The notes under the pieces were generated by a model. It saw only the letters and a list, made by a program, of their open reading frames with translations. It was not told the DNA's origin and did not search any database. Below are positions 1-12,597 of a stretch of 64,000 nt of DNA, in pieces (position 1 is the first letter of the stretch; each line of letters begins with the position of its first letter). Position numbers and translations under genes: made by a program. Origin of the DNA: Eledone cirrhosa (Eukaryota); the NCBI GenBank assembly GCA_964016885.1, contig OZ024743.1, positions 238,948,001-239,012,000 on the forward strand, written 5' to 3'.

Positions 1-262
1 AGAAACATTCTGTTGTACGGAAGGTTTGCATAAGGACCTTAATTTATTGCTTTCAGATTTTAACAACAGAGGTCATCGCCACCTGACAGATTTTTACGTT
101 ATAGCTCAAGAAGCAGATGTTAGCATTGTTAGAATAATTAATTATTTTGTCCTCCTCTAATGTGTTGCGTTGCGTACTCCACATACTTACTTTAACTTTT
201 CTTATGAAAGAGAGAGAAAGAGAGAGGGAGAGAGAGAGAGAGCGAGCAAGCGAGAGCGAGAG

Positions 263-323
<61 letters not shown>

Positions 324-827
324 CTTTGTCCACTGAAGAAATAAATTCAAATGAAACTCGTAGGAAATAATTGGGTGCCATGTTCTTAGACTTGTTTATT
401 CTCTTGGAAAGTGAAAAGATGTTTCTATTTGTATATAAATTGCTTCTGATAAGAATATTATTTAATTTGGGCATCTATCATGTCATAGACTGGATTTATA
501 GCATATTTTCTATATTCACAAGTAATTGTATGAAAACAGATTCGAAAAGTGAAATTTTACTGCGAGGCTATACATGTTAAATATTTTGTAATTATTATAA
601 CCATTAAAGGATTTAACAGAAAAATATTTCGTACTATCGTTATTATACTTATTTCACGTTTATTCAAAATTCAGTGTTTCTCAGAGTGAAATATTAGTTA
701 AGTTTTGAAGTTCATAGAAATGTAATAAACACAAAGGAAGAAATAACTGTAAATACAGTGCGTTGCTATACATAATAGGTAAGAGAATCAGTTAAAATAC
801 CTCCATGGACGGAAGATAGGGACTAGC

Positions 828-899
828 GGTCGCTACAAAGGATCGAACTTATCTTTCAGATATCGGCTGATTGCTCTAACCATTGTGCTAAAAACGACC
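828..899 (-). ncRNA. tRNA-like cloverleaf inside a ~290-bp element (701-987) with ~27-bp imperfect inverted ends
   Basis: Acceptor ggtcgtt/agcgacc, box A-like tagcacaatggttagagc, stem tcag-ccgatat-ctga, T loop ttcgatc; ends agttttgaagttcatagaaatgtaa vs ttgcattttctataaacttcataact. Confidence 0.7.
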
Positions 900-1079
900 T
901 ATCCCTGCATAAGCTATTATTTATAGCAATCAATAGTATCTCAGTCTGCAACTGAGATTTTTTGCATTTTCTATAAACTTCATAACTCCTCAGCTCTCCT
1001 CAACTTTGATACTTTACATACGTTAAGTTATTTATTTAAAGCATAGATTAATAATTAAGACGATAGCTGCTGCTGGTGC

Positions 1080-1585
1080 TTCTTCTTCTTCTTCTTCTTC
1101 TTCTTCTTCTTCTTCTTCTTCTTCTTCTTCTTCTTCTTCTTCTTCTTCTTCTTCTTCTTCTTCTTCTTCTTCTTCCACTTACTACTGGGAGGGTCGTGGG
1201 GCTAGAGACCTGAAACACTCTTTTCAGTGGGTCCTGTCAGAAGCAACCATCTCCAGCAGTTCCGGCTTGATCACCAAGCGAAACCAGCCAAGCACATGGA
1301 TATTATCTAACCATCTTGCTCGGGGTCTACTCTTGAGTCTCCTGCCGGTTGGTTTTGCCCGTAAAATCTGTCCAGCGATTCGTTCCCGAAGACATTCTAA
1401 ACATATGCCCATAGTATCGGAGCTGTGGTCTCTCAATTTAGAGAAGTATCAAGTCTACCTGTAATGACTTTCTGATCTACGAGATAATCACTCTATCAAG
1501 TAACGCTACTCCAAAAATACTTCGGAGGAAACCCATTTCGGCCGCTTGTATTCGCGATCGTTTTCTTTCAGTCATTATCCGTGCA
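1080..1585 (-). mobile_element. 5'-truncated RTE-clade LINE 3' end with (GAA)n tail
   Basis: Degenerate peptide RIQAAE..FLR...RRLKSRPRARWLDNI...ASDR followed by (GAA)n. Confidence 0.8.
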
Positions 1586-1969
1586 TTACCCTGCAATGAA
1601 ACATTAAAGATTTAAGGGAAATATCAGAGGTGTGTGATAATGCAAGAAACACAATTAACATACATTCTACCATGAAATAAATCGCTGGAAATGTTTGTCA
1701 GACTTAGCATCGGTAAATGGTAAAACGAATGAATATCAAAAATATGTTCAAATTGGATAAATACAGAATTGGTGTTTGTCATAGCAGTTACTCAGAATTT
1801 ACTGCGGAAAAGAGCGAGATATATTTCAGACATGGTTCGTTGCGATAGACAGAAGTACAACATATACCGTTGACAAGTTTACAGAGAACTAGTAATGTTG
1901 AAGGGAATATGTCCCAGTATGATCTTAGAAATTATAAATAGAAAATAATGTATATAATATTCTGACAGC

Positions 1970-2113
1970 GCGTGGGCCCTCATTTGCTCTCAATAGTGAG
2001 AGATAGAGGTGGGGTGAGCGGGATAGATAAAGGCAGTGACAGTGGGAGTTTGGTGCCATTGTTTTCGAACCTGTTATTTATGTATATATATATTTACCAC
2101 ACCAGATTAACCG
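1970..2113 (+). mobile_element. Solo 3' UTR of CRE-like LINE (mirror copy at 9725-9870, minus)
   Basis: Similar to the sequence following the CRE-like ORF end at 18005-18130 (gacagtgggagtt..ttcg.acc); ends at (TA)n. Confidence 0.55.
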
Positions 2114-2115
2114 TA

Positions 2116-2172
<57 letters not shown>

Positions 2173-2255
2173 ATAATAATAAATTTGAAGACTAAGATCC
2201 AAAGAGGAATCGATAAGGATAAATATATATCAAATATATAAGAACCGTAGAGCGA

Positions 2256-4000
2256 ATATTTATTAAAATAACAGATTAAAGTTTAAGCAAAGAATCGCTG
2301 CTTTCACCCTTAACGGGATCTTCTGAAACTAACAAAGTCAATCTGTAAACGCAGAACTGGATATTTCAAAAAACGTTGCAACCGGAGGAATACAGGAAGA
2401 CGATACTTTGGTTCGTGGTAACGTTCGCTGGCAAAGAACGGGAAAAAACGAATATTATACGTCATTAATAGGAGCGGTGAAAAACAATTACGCGCAAAGA
2501 CAGAACCACGTTTATGGTATAAAGGAGGTCGTAGACTAATGTTCTCTTAGGTGGTGCATAGAGACGTTCTCTGGCAATGAACGAAAAAAACGAAGATAAT
2601 ACGTCATATGTGGAGCGTGGAGAACAATAGCACGCAAAGTCAAAACCACGTAAATGGTATAGCAGAAGTTGTAGACTAAAATTCTAACTAGGAGACCGAA
2701 TGAATCTCCGCTACAGAGTTAAGAAGAAAGTAAATAAATACAATACAGAAGTAATAGAAATAAATAAATACATACACGCAAACAAATACGTACATACACA
2801 AGCATACGCAAAAACTTACCATAGGTATACAAAACGACGCACATATAAATATGTGTGTGTGTATGCGTGTATACAAATAAATAAATAATTATATAAACGT
2901 ACGTGCTTTTGTCTTTGCGTGCTATTGTTCTCCACGCTCCACATATGACGTATTATCTTCGTTTTTTTCGTTCATTGCCAGAGAACGTCTCTATGCACCA
3001 CCTAAGAGAACATTAGTCTACGATCTCCTTTATACCAAAAACGTGGTTCTGTCTTTGCGCGTAATTGTTTTTCACCGCTCCTATTAATGACCTATTATAT
3101 TCGTTTTTTCCCGTTCTTTGCCAGGGAACGTTTCCACGAACCAAAGTATCGTCTACCTGTCTTCCTCCGGTTGCAACGTTTTTTTAAATATCCAGTTCTG
3201 CGTTTACAGATTGACTTTGTTAGTTTCAGAAGATCCCGTTAAGGGTGAAAGCAGCGATTCTTTGCCTTTGCTTAAACTTTAATCTGTTATTTTAATAAAT
3301 ATATATATATATATATATATATATTTATTAAAATAACAGATTAAAGTTTAAGCAAAGAATCGCTGCTTTCACCCTTAACGGGATCTTCTGAAACTAACAA
3401 AGTCAATCTGTAAACGCAGAACTGGATATTTAAAAAAACGTTGCAACCGGAGGAAGACAGGAAGACAATACTTTGGTTCGTGGAAACGTTCCCTGGCAAA
3501 GAACGGGAAAAAAACGAATATTATACGTCATTATTTGGAGCGGTGAAAAATAATAACATACAAAGACAAAACGACGTTTATGGTATAAATGAAGTCGTAG
3601 ACTAATATTCTATTAGGTGGTTCGTGGAGACGTTCTTTGGCAATGAACGAAAAAAACAAAGATAATACGTCATTATGTGGATCGTTGAGAACAATTGCAC
3701 GCAAAGACAAAACCACGTAAATGGTATAACTGAAGACGAAGACTAAAATTCTAACTAGGAAACCGAATCATTCTCAGCTTCAGAGTTAAGAATAAAGTAA
3801 ATAAAATGCAGAGGTAAATGAAATTAAATAAATACATACACGCATCCATATACGTACATACACATTCATTCGCGAAAACACTCGCCATAGGTTTACAAAT
3901 ACAAGCACGTACACAAAAAAGCCCGCACGCACATACAGAACCCACACAACGCCTGTACCCGCACACATACGAACGTATACACCAAATACGCATAAAAATA
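2256..4000. mobile_element. PLE pseudo-LTR complex: minus copy 2256-2900, inverted copy 2908-3300, second minus copy 3322-4000
   Basis: Near-identical inverted and direct copies around (TA)n; internal ~140-bp direct repeat; hammerhead-like motif in each. Confidence 0.8.
3222..3278 (+). ncRNA. Hammerhead-like motif with U4A core (minus copies 2280-2330, 3345-3395)
   Basis: agttt CAGAAGA t ccc gttaa ggg t GAAA gca..tgc TT aaact. Confidence 0.55.
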
Positions 4001-4079
4001 GAAATACTATTAAAATGTCTTACTCTACGACTCCTAACCTTGCAGATAACACCACAGCTTTAAATTTAGCTAAACTGCC

Positions 4080-4561
4080 TAGCCGTAGGAACACGTGCAA
4101 CCCTGTAGTTAGTACTAACTGTAATTGTAGGAATCGGGTTGACTGCACCCTATCCGGGAAATGCCTCTCTGGTAAATTTGTCTACAAATGTAAGGTTGAA
4201 ACACCCACGTCCCGTAGGGCCTACATAGGGTTAACCGCCAATACATTCAATCAGCGTTCTTTACATGCATACCCATTCATTTCGTTACCCTTTAAGAAGG
4301 ATTATGACGTCACTTTCAGCTTATATCTGGAGCCTAAAAGTCAACCACACCCAATATAAGTTACAGTGGGAGATCCTAGCTAGGGATAGATCGTATAACG
4401 GAAATAAAAGACCATGTGACCTCTGCGCCGCTGAGGCCCTGGAAATACTCTACGCCAAAGTCCACATCTTAAACAAAATATCTGAGGCAATTTCGGCTTG
4501 TAAACATAAATTGCACAACACTTTCCTGTATTACAGCCCCACATTATACTCTAACGGATAG
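4080..4561 (+). pseudogene. PLE GIY-YIG endonuclease fragment (frameshifted)
   Basis: CNCR...C.LSGKCL...VYKCKV...YIGLTANTFNQR / HTHSF..TSLSAYIW..WEIL..CDLC..E..LNK..E.ISACKH. Confidence 0.9.
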
Positions 4562-4771
4562 TACGAACTATACGCGGATATTTTACGTCTTGATATGGTT
4601 GCTAAGTATATGTTATGTTTATACCATTACTTATTTGTATAGGGAAGTATATATTACCTGTATGTTTTGTGAAGGTACGTATACTTTCTCGTACGTATAT
4701 TTGATTGTATATGTTATTGCGTATATATTATTTATTCTGGTACATATGCTTTTGGTTATGTGTAATGATAA

Positions 4772-4952
4772 TAATTGTTTCTACTTTTTGGCACAAGGCC
4801 AGCAATTACCCAGTGCATTACTGGTACTTTATTTTCTCGACCCCATAAGGATGAAAGGCAAAGTTAACCTCGGCAGGATTTGAACTCAGAATGGCAAGGG
4901 CCGTAACGCTATGCGTCAAAGCATGGCGTCCGACCCTCTCCCGATACTGCCA
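4772..4952 (-). mobile_element. tRNA-headed SINE (mirror copy 9497-9680, plus)
   Basis: Matches the other SINE copies in the window; box B gagttcaaatcc; (ATT)n tail. Confidence 0.9.
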
Positions 4953-5191
4953 AAATAAAAATAGCAATAAACGAAAGATATATATTTTATATCATCTCTG
5001 TTTTTTTACCAATCCAATTACGTTATATTGTAAATAATTTATGAAACGTTTAAACCAACTGTATTGTATCCTCCCAGTCAGGTAACCTCCTATGTGTTGA
5101 GATTTTTTCTAATCAAATGCTTAGAGGTCACCGATCTGTCCATCTCGTTTGTCTACTAGTAATATCATGAACAAATTATACATCTCATATG

Positions 5192-5269
5192 TATTTTGTC
5201 TGAAGAGGAAATGTCTTGCTTTATGTTATACATAAAACTTTACATCTGTGAAATATATATAATAAAATA
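5192..5269 (+). ncRNA. Type I hammerhead ribozyme in pseudo-LTR hairpin element (~4953-5360)
   Basis: tattttgt CTGAAGA [stem II] GAAA t atat a TA ataaaata; 8-bp stem I, palindromic loop 3. Confidence 0.7.
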
Positions 5270-6091
5270 AATAGAGATGATATAAAGTATATACTTATAC
5301 TCTGCTATGTATTGATTACATTACTTACTGTGGTTACTCCCGATTGAACCCTGGGTAAACGTATATATATATATATATTCTTCTCCACTCCCTCTAGTCA
5401 TCCTTTTATACATATATATTTAGACATACATATACATATATCGATATATATATATTGAGCAAAGGAAAAGACCCAGCAAAAGACCCAACCCAACATCTAA
5501 AAACTTATTCAATTTGTACATGCAAGAATGTTCTATTGTAATATTCTAACCGTGTGGTACTATCTGATGACGAATAAGATAAGAGGTGAAACCATTCTGA
5601 CGCTAGAACAAAAAGGAAAAGGATACAATCTTACAACCACAACACTGAGTTCACCAGAATGAATACTATAATGCAAAGAGAATATATTAACATACCTGAA
5701 GAGTGTCATCTGTCAGTACTGCTTAAAATATTCTAAGTTTTTCATTTCTTATTTCTAAATAGTGATGACCAGTTTGCTCCAATGCAAAATATCTCACGTA
5801 TCAAATCCGAACCAATCATACATTATTCAGCAATTAGTCAACAGAGAAGCATGGGCGGTACTGTGAACTTGTAAACAATGACTAGTTTGAAGCGTATACT
5901 GCTGTATGTGTAGGTATGTATATATGTCTCTCTATAGACGTGTGTTGGTGTACATAATATGCGTTTCACTCTTCTATAAATAGAAAGATATTTATATTTA
6001 TGAGTGAGGAATGTGTGTCTATATGCACTCAAACACACACACAACACACCTACACGCACACACACGCACACACACGCACACACACACACGC

Positions 6092-6160
<69 letters not shown>

Positions 6161-6162
6161 TG

Positions 6163-6206
<44 letters not shown>

Positions 6207-6209
6207 CAT

Positions 6210-8085
6210 ATATACATAATATTAAATATACTATTTATAGTTATGTATATACTAAACTATAAACAACTATAAACAAGGAGGCTGAGTAATTTATTACTAC
6301 CTTATTACCAGTAAGAGAAATAGCTCAATGTAAGAACATCAGTTATTTTACAGAGCAGTAATATAGATTACACAAGTATCAAAGTTATGTTTAAAACATT
6401 TAATCGCTGACAATTGTTTCTTCCAAACTTAAGCTTGAGTTCTCGGAGCATTATTAACGTTTGTACATATAATCAACCTCCTATTCAACTGAAGAATCAT
6501 ACAGATACATATATATTGATGTTGTGGACAACAGTTTCATGTTTACAGGGTGGAATGAATGCGACATATATTATACGAGAATTGTACAATAATTCAAATT
6601 AAGATTAAAATTAAAATTAAAATTAAAATTAAAATTAAAATTATAAATAAAAAAAAAAAATTAAAATTAAAATTAAAAGCAAAGGGTGGAATACATGCGA
6701 CAGATAATACAAGAGAATAGTCTAATAATTAAATTAAAGAGATAGTACACGCGTTAGTCATATATAAAGGAATGAAACAAGCAAATATATCATGCATATA
6801 TGAGTACTGTATGGCAAGGTATTACATGTAATACAAGCACTTTAAGCGAATATGTTAGTGTATTATGGTGGGTGCAATGCGATGATATTTTCTGTATAGT
6901 TCAAATTTGTATGTGTGTAGATTATGAAAGTTACAGATTTCACATCCATTACATATGTTAATTTATATCTGTATTGAATGTTTGTTATAATAATGGATTG
7001 TAACTTGGTGTTATTGTATCCATATTTATGGATCAGAGTTGTTCTACTACGAGAATTTTCAACGGTTTAATATCTGGAAGTGGATATGGAATTAAGGAGA
7101 ACTAATGCGTAAGGGGAGGTAACTAGCTCATTATAATAATTAAATTCTTTGCTCTAATATACATTATATAGTGCCTCAATTGAATCCCTTATATAAAAAG
7201 TTATGTATTTATATTTAACTTTAAATACAGTCTATTCTCTCATAATATATTAAAGGTTTCATTAGATTGTTGTCTACCCAATATTATATAATGCCACAAT
7301 TGAATCCCTTATACAAAATGTTATATATTTATATTTAATTTCAAATACAGTCTACTCTCTCATAATATATTAAAGGTTTCATTAGATTGTTGTCTACCCA
7401 ATATTTGGTAAGATACGGAATAACATATAGCTGTTTGCATGATAAATTAGATACATCCCTTGAGTAATTAAATTAATCCTTTATATACAATGTTATTAAT
7501 TTATACATTTAATTATAAATGTATATATATAATTCATTGTTCCATGTTACATTTAAGTTAAATAAATTCCTTATGTTAATAAATTAATCCTTTATATACA
7601 ATATTAATTTATACATTTAATTATAAATGTATATATAATTCATTGTTACATTTAATATTTAAATTTTATATATATTATATTATATTTTAATCACTATATA
7701 ATTATAAGTAATCTAAAGTAATTATATTAACAGGTGGTGACTATCAGAATATTTCTAGAGTATAATGTTAGAGATAAAAATGGTTTGTGTAGAGGAAAGG
7801 GTGGATGAAAGAGTGTGATGCAGCGTTGGAAGGCAAGTCTTAGAGGTAAAGTGCTAATGGTGGTGATGAGTTCAGATCTGACATTGTTATATACAAGGTT
7901 TAAAGCTATGGAATGAGTGTCGGAAGCGGTGCTGGCACGATGCAAACACTTCCGATTTTTTATTTAGGAGGTTAATTATATGTACAAACATTAATAATGC
8001 TCCGAGGACTCCAAGCTTAAGTTTGGAAGAAACAATTGTTAGCGATTAAATGTTTTAAACATAACTTTGATACTTGTGTAATCCA
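6210..8085 (-). mobile_element. PLE 3' UTR/pseudo-LTR with inverted terminal copy (6365-6482 vs 7966-8083); internal ~120-bp and ~108-bp tandem duplications
   Basis: Inverted repeat flanked by microsatellites; same family as 44870-45440. Confidence 0.7.
7999..8043 (+). ncRNA. Hammerhead variant, U4C core (minus copy 6406-6449)
   Basis: gct CCGAGGA c tccaagc ttaa gtttgga a GAAA c aatt g TT agc. Confidence 0.65.
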
Positions 8086-8112
8086 CATATACATATATAT
8101 ATATACATACGG

Positions 8113-8218
<106 letters not shown>

Positions 8219-8239
8219 TGTTTTAGTCTCATTCATTCT

Positions 8240-8882
8240 CAGCCTGGTAGAGAATGTTGATAGGCCAGAGGGGATCACTAATGTAGACGGGGAGCCGCTA
8301 GAATTGGTTGAGGATTTCCTGTATTTGGGAGCAAAGATTGAGAAAACGGAAGATGATGTGGTTGACAGGAAGAGCAAAGCCTGGGCGGCGTGCCACAGCT
8401 TGAGATCGGTGTGGAAGTCGGACATTCGTAAAGACCTGAAAATCCGCCTCTTCATTGCTGTAGTGGAGCCTGTGCTGCTGTACGGGTCGGAGACTTTGAC
8501 ACTGACCAAGAAACTCACTCAGATGGTGGATACGTGATTCACGAGAATGCTGAGGATGGCTCTGAACATTAATCAGTATACATTGAGGATGAAAAACTCA
8601 GAACTCTATGGGAGCCTCCCAAATGTCAGCTCAAAAGTGACACAGAGGGGACTGAGGTTAGCTGAACATGCTCACCGACATCCAGAGTTGACATTGCACT
8701 CAGTGCTCCTGTGGGAGCCCCTACATGGACATACTGGAAGAGGAAGACCAAGGTTAACGTATGTTGATGCCCTAAGGACAGACACTGGTCTGTTGGAGAC
8801 GCAGGACATGGCAGCGATAATAAGGGACAGAGACCGCTGGAGAGAATTCGTCCATGGATCTCGGGAATTTTACCCGCCCTAG
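8240..8882 (+). pseudogene. RTE-clade LINE RT C-terminal fragment
   Basis: VEDFLYLG...KIRLFIAVVEPVLLYGSETLTLTKK...RMLRMALNI...LRLAEHAHRH...GRGRPRLTYVD...DRDRWR. Confidence 0.9.
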
Positions 8883-9681
8883 AATATATATATATATGTA
8901 TATATGGATACATATTTTTCAGGCTAGCATGGTTTGAATGGATTTTCATGTTCGATGACCAGACAGAATCGATGACCAGGTCATGCTCATACGTCCCTTG
9001 GTCTCTGCAGTTGGATGCCTTTTCCTGATGCCAATTATTAAAAGCTTGATATGAGTAAATGGTATCGTAACCCCAGCACTACTATTTTACACCGTTGACT
9101 GAACAAATTGTGCAATGTCAACTCTAGCTGTCAGTGAGCATGTACAGCTAACCTCAGTCCCCTCTGTGTCACTTTTGAGCTGACTTTTGGGAGGCTCCCA
9201 TACAGCTCTGAGTTTTTCATCCTCAGTGTTTTATGTATGTTATACATCTTCAGACAAAATACATGAGATGTATAATATTTTCATGATATACTAGTAGACA
9301 AACGAGATGGACAGATCGGTGACCTCCAAGCATATGACAAGAAAAAATCTCAACACATAGGAGGTTACGTGACTGGAAGAACACAATACAATTGGTTTAA
9401 ACGTTTCATAAATTATTTAAAATATAACGGAATTGAATTGGTAAAAAAACAGAGATGATATAAAATATATATCTTTCGTTTATTACTATTTTTATTTTGG
9501 CAGTATCGGTATAGGGTCGGACGCCATGTTTGACGCATAGAGTTACGGCCCTTGCCATTCTGAGTTCAAATCCCACCAAGCTAATCTTTGCCTTTCATCC
9601 TTATGGGGTCGAGAAAATAAAGTACCAGTAATGCACTGTGTTATTGCTGGCCTTGTGCCAAAAAGTAGAAACAATTATTAT

Positions 9682-9729
<48 letters not shown>

Positions 9730-10274
9730 TTAATGTGGTGTGGTAAATAAATATATACATAAATAACAGGTTCGAACTCAATGGCACCAAACTCCCACTG
9801 TTACTGCCTTTATCTATCCCGTTCTCCTCACCTCTATCTCTCACTATTGAGAGCAAATGAGGGCCCATGCGCTGTCAGAATATTATATACTTTATTTTCT
9901 ATTTATAATTTCTAAGACCATACTGGTACTTATCCCCCCCCCTCTCCCCCCAACATTAGTAGTTCTCTGTAAACTTGTCAACGGTATATGTTGTACTTGT
10001 TTCTATAGCAACGAACCATGTCTGAAATATATCTCGCTCTTTTCCGCAATAAATTCTGAGTAACTTCTATGACAAACTCCAATTCTGTATTTATCCAATT
10101 TGAACATATTTTTGATATTCAGTCGTTTTACCATTTACTGATGCTATGTCTGACAAACATTTCCAGCGATTTATTTCATGGTATGTTAACTGTGTTTCTT
10201 GCATTATCACACACCTCTGATATTTCCCTTAAATCTTTAATGTTTCATTGCAGGATAATGCACGATAATGCACA

Positions 10275-10695
10275 GATAATGACTGAAAGAAAACGATCGC
10301 GAATACAAGCGGCTGAAATGGCTTTCCTTCGAAGGATCTTTGGAGTAGCGTTACTTGATAGAGTCAGTATCCCGTAGATCAGAGAGTCACTACAGGTAGA
10401 GTTTATACTTCTCTAAATTGAGAGACCACAGCTCCGATACTATGGGCATATGGTTAGAATGTCTCGGGAACGAATCGCTGGACAGATTTTACGGGCAAAA
10501 CCAACCGGCAGGAGACTCAAGAGTAGACCCCGAGCAAGATGGTTAGATAATATCCATGGGCTTGGCTGGTTTCGCTTGGTGATCAAGCCGGAACTGTTGG
10601 AGATGGTTGCTTCTGACAGGACCCACTGAAAAGAGTGTTTCAGGTCTCTAGCCCCACGACCCTCTCAGTAGTAAGTGGAAGAAGAAGAAGAAGCA
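10275..10695 (+). mobile_element. RTE-clade LINE 3' end (duplicate of 1080-1585)
   Basis: MTERKRSRIQAAEMAFLRRIFGVALLDRV..QLRYYGHMVRM..RPRARWLD; short (GAA)n tail. Confidence 0.8.
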
Positions 10696-10881
10696 GCAGC
10701 AGCAGTAGCAGCAGCTATCGTCTTAATTATTAATCTATGCTTTAAATAAATAACTTAACGTATGTAAAGTATCAAAGTTGAGGAGAGCTGAGGAGTTATG
10801 AAGTTTATAGAAAATGCAAAAAATTTCAGTTGCAGACTGAGATACTATTGATTGCTATAAATAATAGCTTATGCAGGGATA

Positions 10882-10953
10882 GGTCGTTTTTAGCACAATG
10901 GTTAGAGCAATCAGCCGATATCTGAAAGATAAGTTCGATCCTTTGTAGCGACC
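10882..10953 (+). ncRNA. tRNA-like cloverleaf (duplicate of 828-899)
   Basis: Same sequence in the right arm of the inverted duplication. Confidence 0.7.
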
Positions 10954-12597
10954 GCTAGTCCCTATCTTCCGTCCATGGAGGTATTTTAACTGATTCTCTT
11001 ACCTATTATGTATAGCAACGCACTGTATTTAGAGTTATTTCTTCCTTTGTGTTTATTACATTTCTATGAACTTCAAAACTTAACTAATATTTCACTCTGA
11101 GAAACACTGAATTTTGAATAAACGTGAAATAAGTATAATAACGATAGTACGAAATATTTTTCTGTTAAATCCTTTAATGGTTATAATAATTACAAAATAT
11201 TTAACATGTATAGCTTCGCAGTGAAATTTCACTTTTCGAGTCTGTTTTCATACAATTACTTGTGAATATAGAAAATATGCTATAAATCCAGTCTATGACA
11301 TGATAGATGCCCAAATTAAATAATATTCTTATCAGAAGCAATTTATATACAAATGGAAACATGTTTTCACTTTCCAAGAGAATAAACAAGTCTAAGAACA
11401 TGGCACCCAATTATTTCCTACGGGTTTCATTTGAATTTATTTCTTCAGTGGACAAAGTATGTTTCTTTCTCTCTTTCTCTCTTTCTCTCTTTCTCTCTCT
11501 ATTCTCTCTCTCCCCCTCTCTCTCTCTCGCTCTCACGCTCGTTCTGTCTCTCTCTCTCCCTCTCTCTTTCTCTCTCTTTCATAAGAAAAGTTAAAGTAAG
11601 TATGTGGAGTACGCAACGCAACACATTAGAGGAGGACAAAATAATTAATTATTCTAACAATGCTAACATCTGCTTCTTGAGCTATAACGTAAAAGTCTGT
11701 CAGGTGGCGATGTCCTCTGTTGTTAAAATCTGAAAGCAATAAATTAAGGTCCTTATGCAAACCTTCTGTACAACAGAATGTTTCTTACAATTGGAGTGGA
11801 GTAGAATGTAGAAAGTCCGACGCCGTGTTCTAAGGATTTTTCAGGGGTAGAAACTATGTGGAAAGTACGAAAAATCTATCAGAAATGGTAGTAGAATATC
11901 AAATCAGAAGGTCAATGGTTCATATTCTGAGCATGTTACTACGTTGTATCAATTGTCAAGTTACATAACACTCAACAACCAAATCGAACTTTTTCTAACC
12001 AGAGAGAAAATGAAAGTAGGCAGTGGTAATAGTGAAATAGTTGATGAGTGTTTTGTTTTCATCCGGTGCCCAGTTCAAGTCCCACTGTGACAATGTTGAA
12101 AGGATTAGAAAACCGTTCAATTGTGTTTATTTCTAAAATAAATCAAGGGTTGTTAAAATTTTTAATTATAAAATATTTACATACGGTAATGACCCCAATC
12201 ATGACTTTATAAGACGCACAGTGATTTTGAGGATCAAATTGTGCCAGGAATATCCATGAAAATCTTGTTAGAAAGGAGACCATAATTCTGGGCATCACTT
12301 GATAGCATCGATGCTGGTTGGCACCACTGGTGAACGTGATACCGTCGGAAGGTGTCGAAATCCTAGAGAACACCGCTCGATAGCCGACAAAGAGGATATA
12401 TCGAAATTTAAGATGAATGAAGAATGTTGAATAACTATATATATATATATATAGGAGCTGAATTGACAGAGTCGATAGAACGCCGGATACAATCCTTTGT
12501 GGTACTCGCTCAGATTTACTGCTATCTGAATTCAAACTCCACCGAGTTCAAATTGTCTTTCCTCTTTTCAAGGTCAATTAAAAAAGTACCAGTCTAA

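Larger units (their letters stand above)
1..5240. repeat. Left arm of large inverted duplication (1-~2170 plus ~4770-5240; 2170-4770 present only in this arm)
   Basis: 1-85 is the reverse complement of 11701-11785; match continues to the (TA)n at ~2115-2170 / ~9686-9724, then resumes 4770-5240 vs 9229-9685. Confidence 0.95.
9229..11785. repeat. Right arm of large inverted duplication (probably extends further; partner would lie left of the window)
   Basis: Reverse-complement match to the left arm right up to window position 1. Confidence 0.95.

Noticed and set aside
2400-2690. CRISPR-like or regulatory repeat array
   Set aside because: Two ~140-bp direct repeats inside a pseudo-LTR; no repeat-spacer structure; eukaryotic context
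5564-5720. CTGATGA and CTGAAGA words as hammerhead cores
   Set aside because: No consistent stem II/GAAA/stem III/stem I arrangement found
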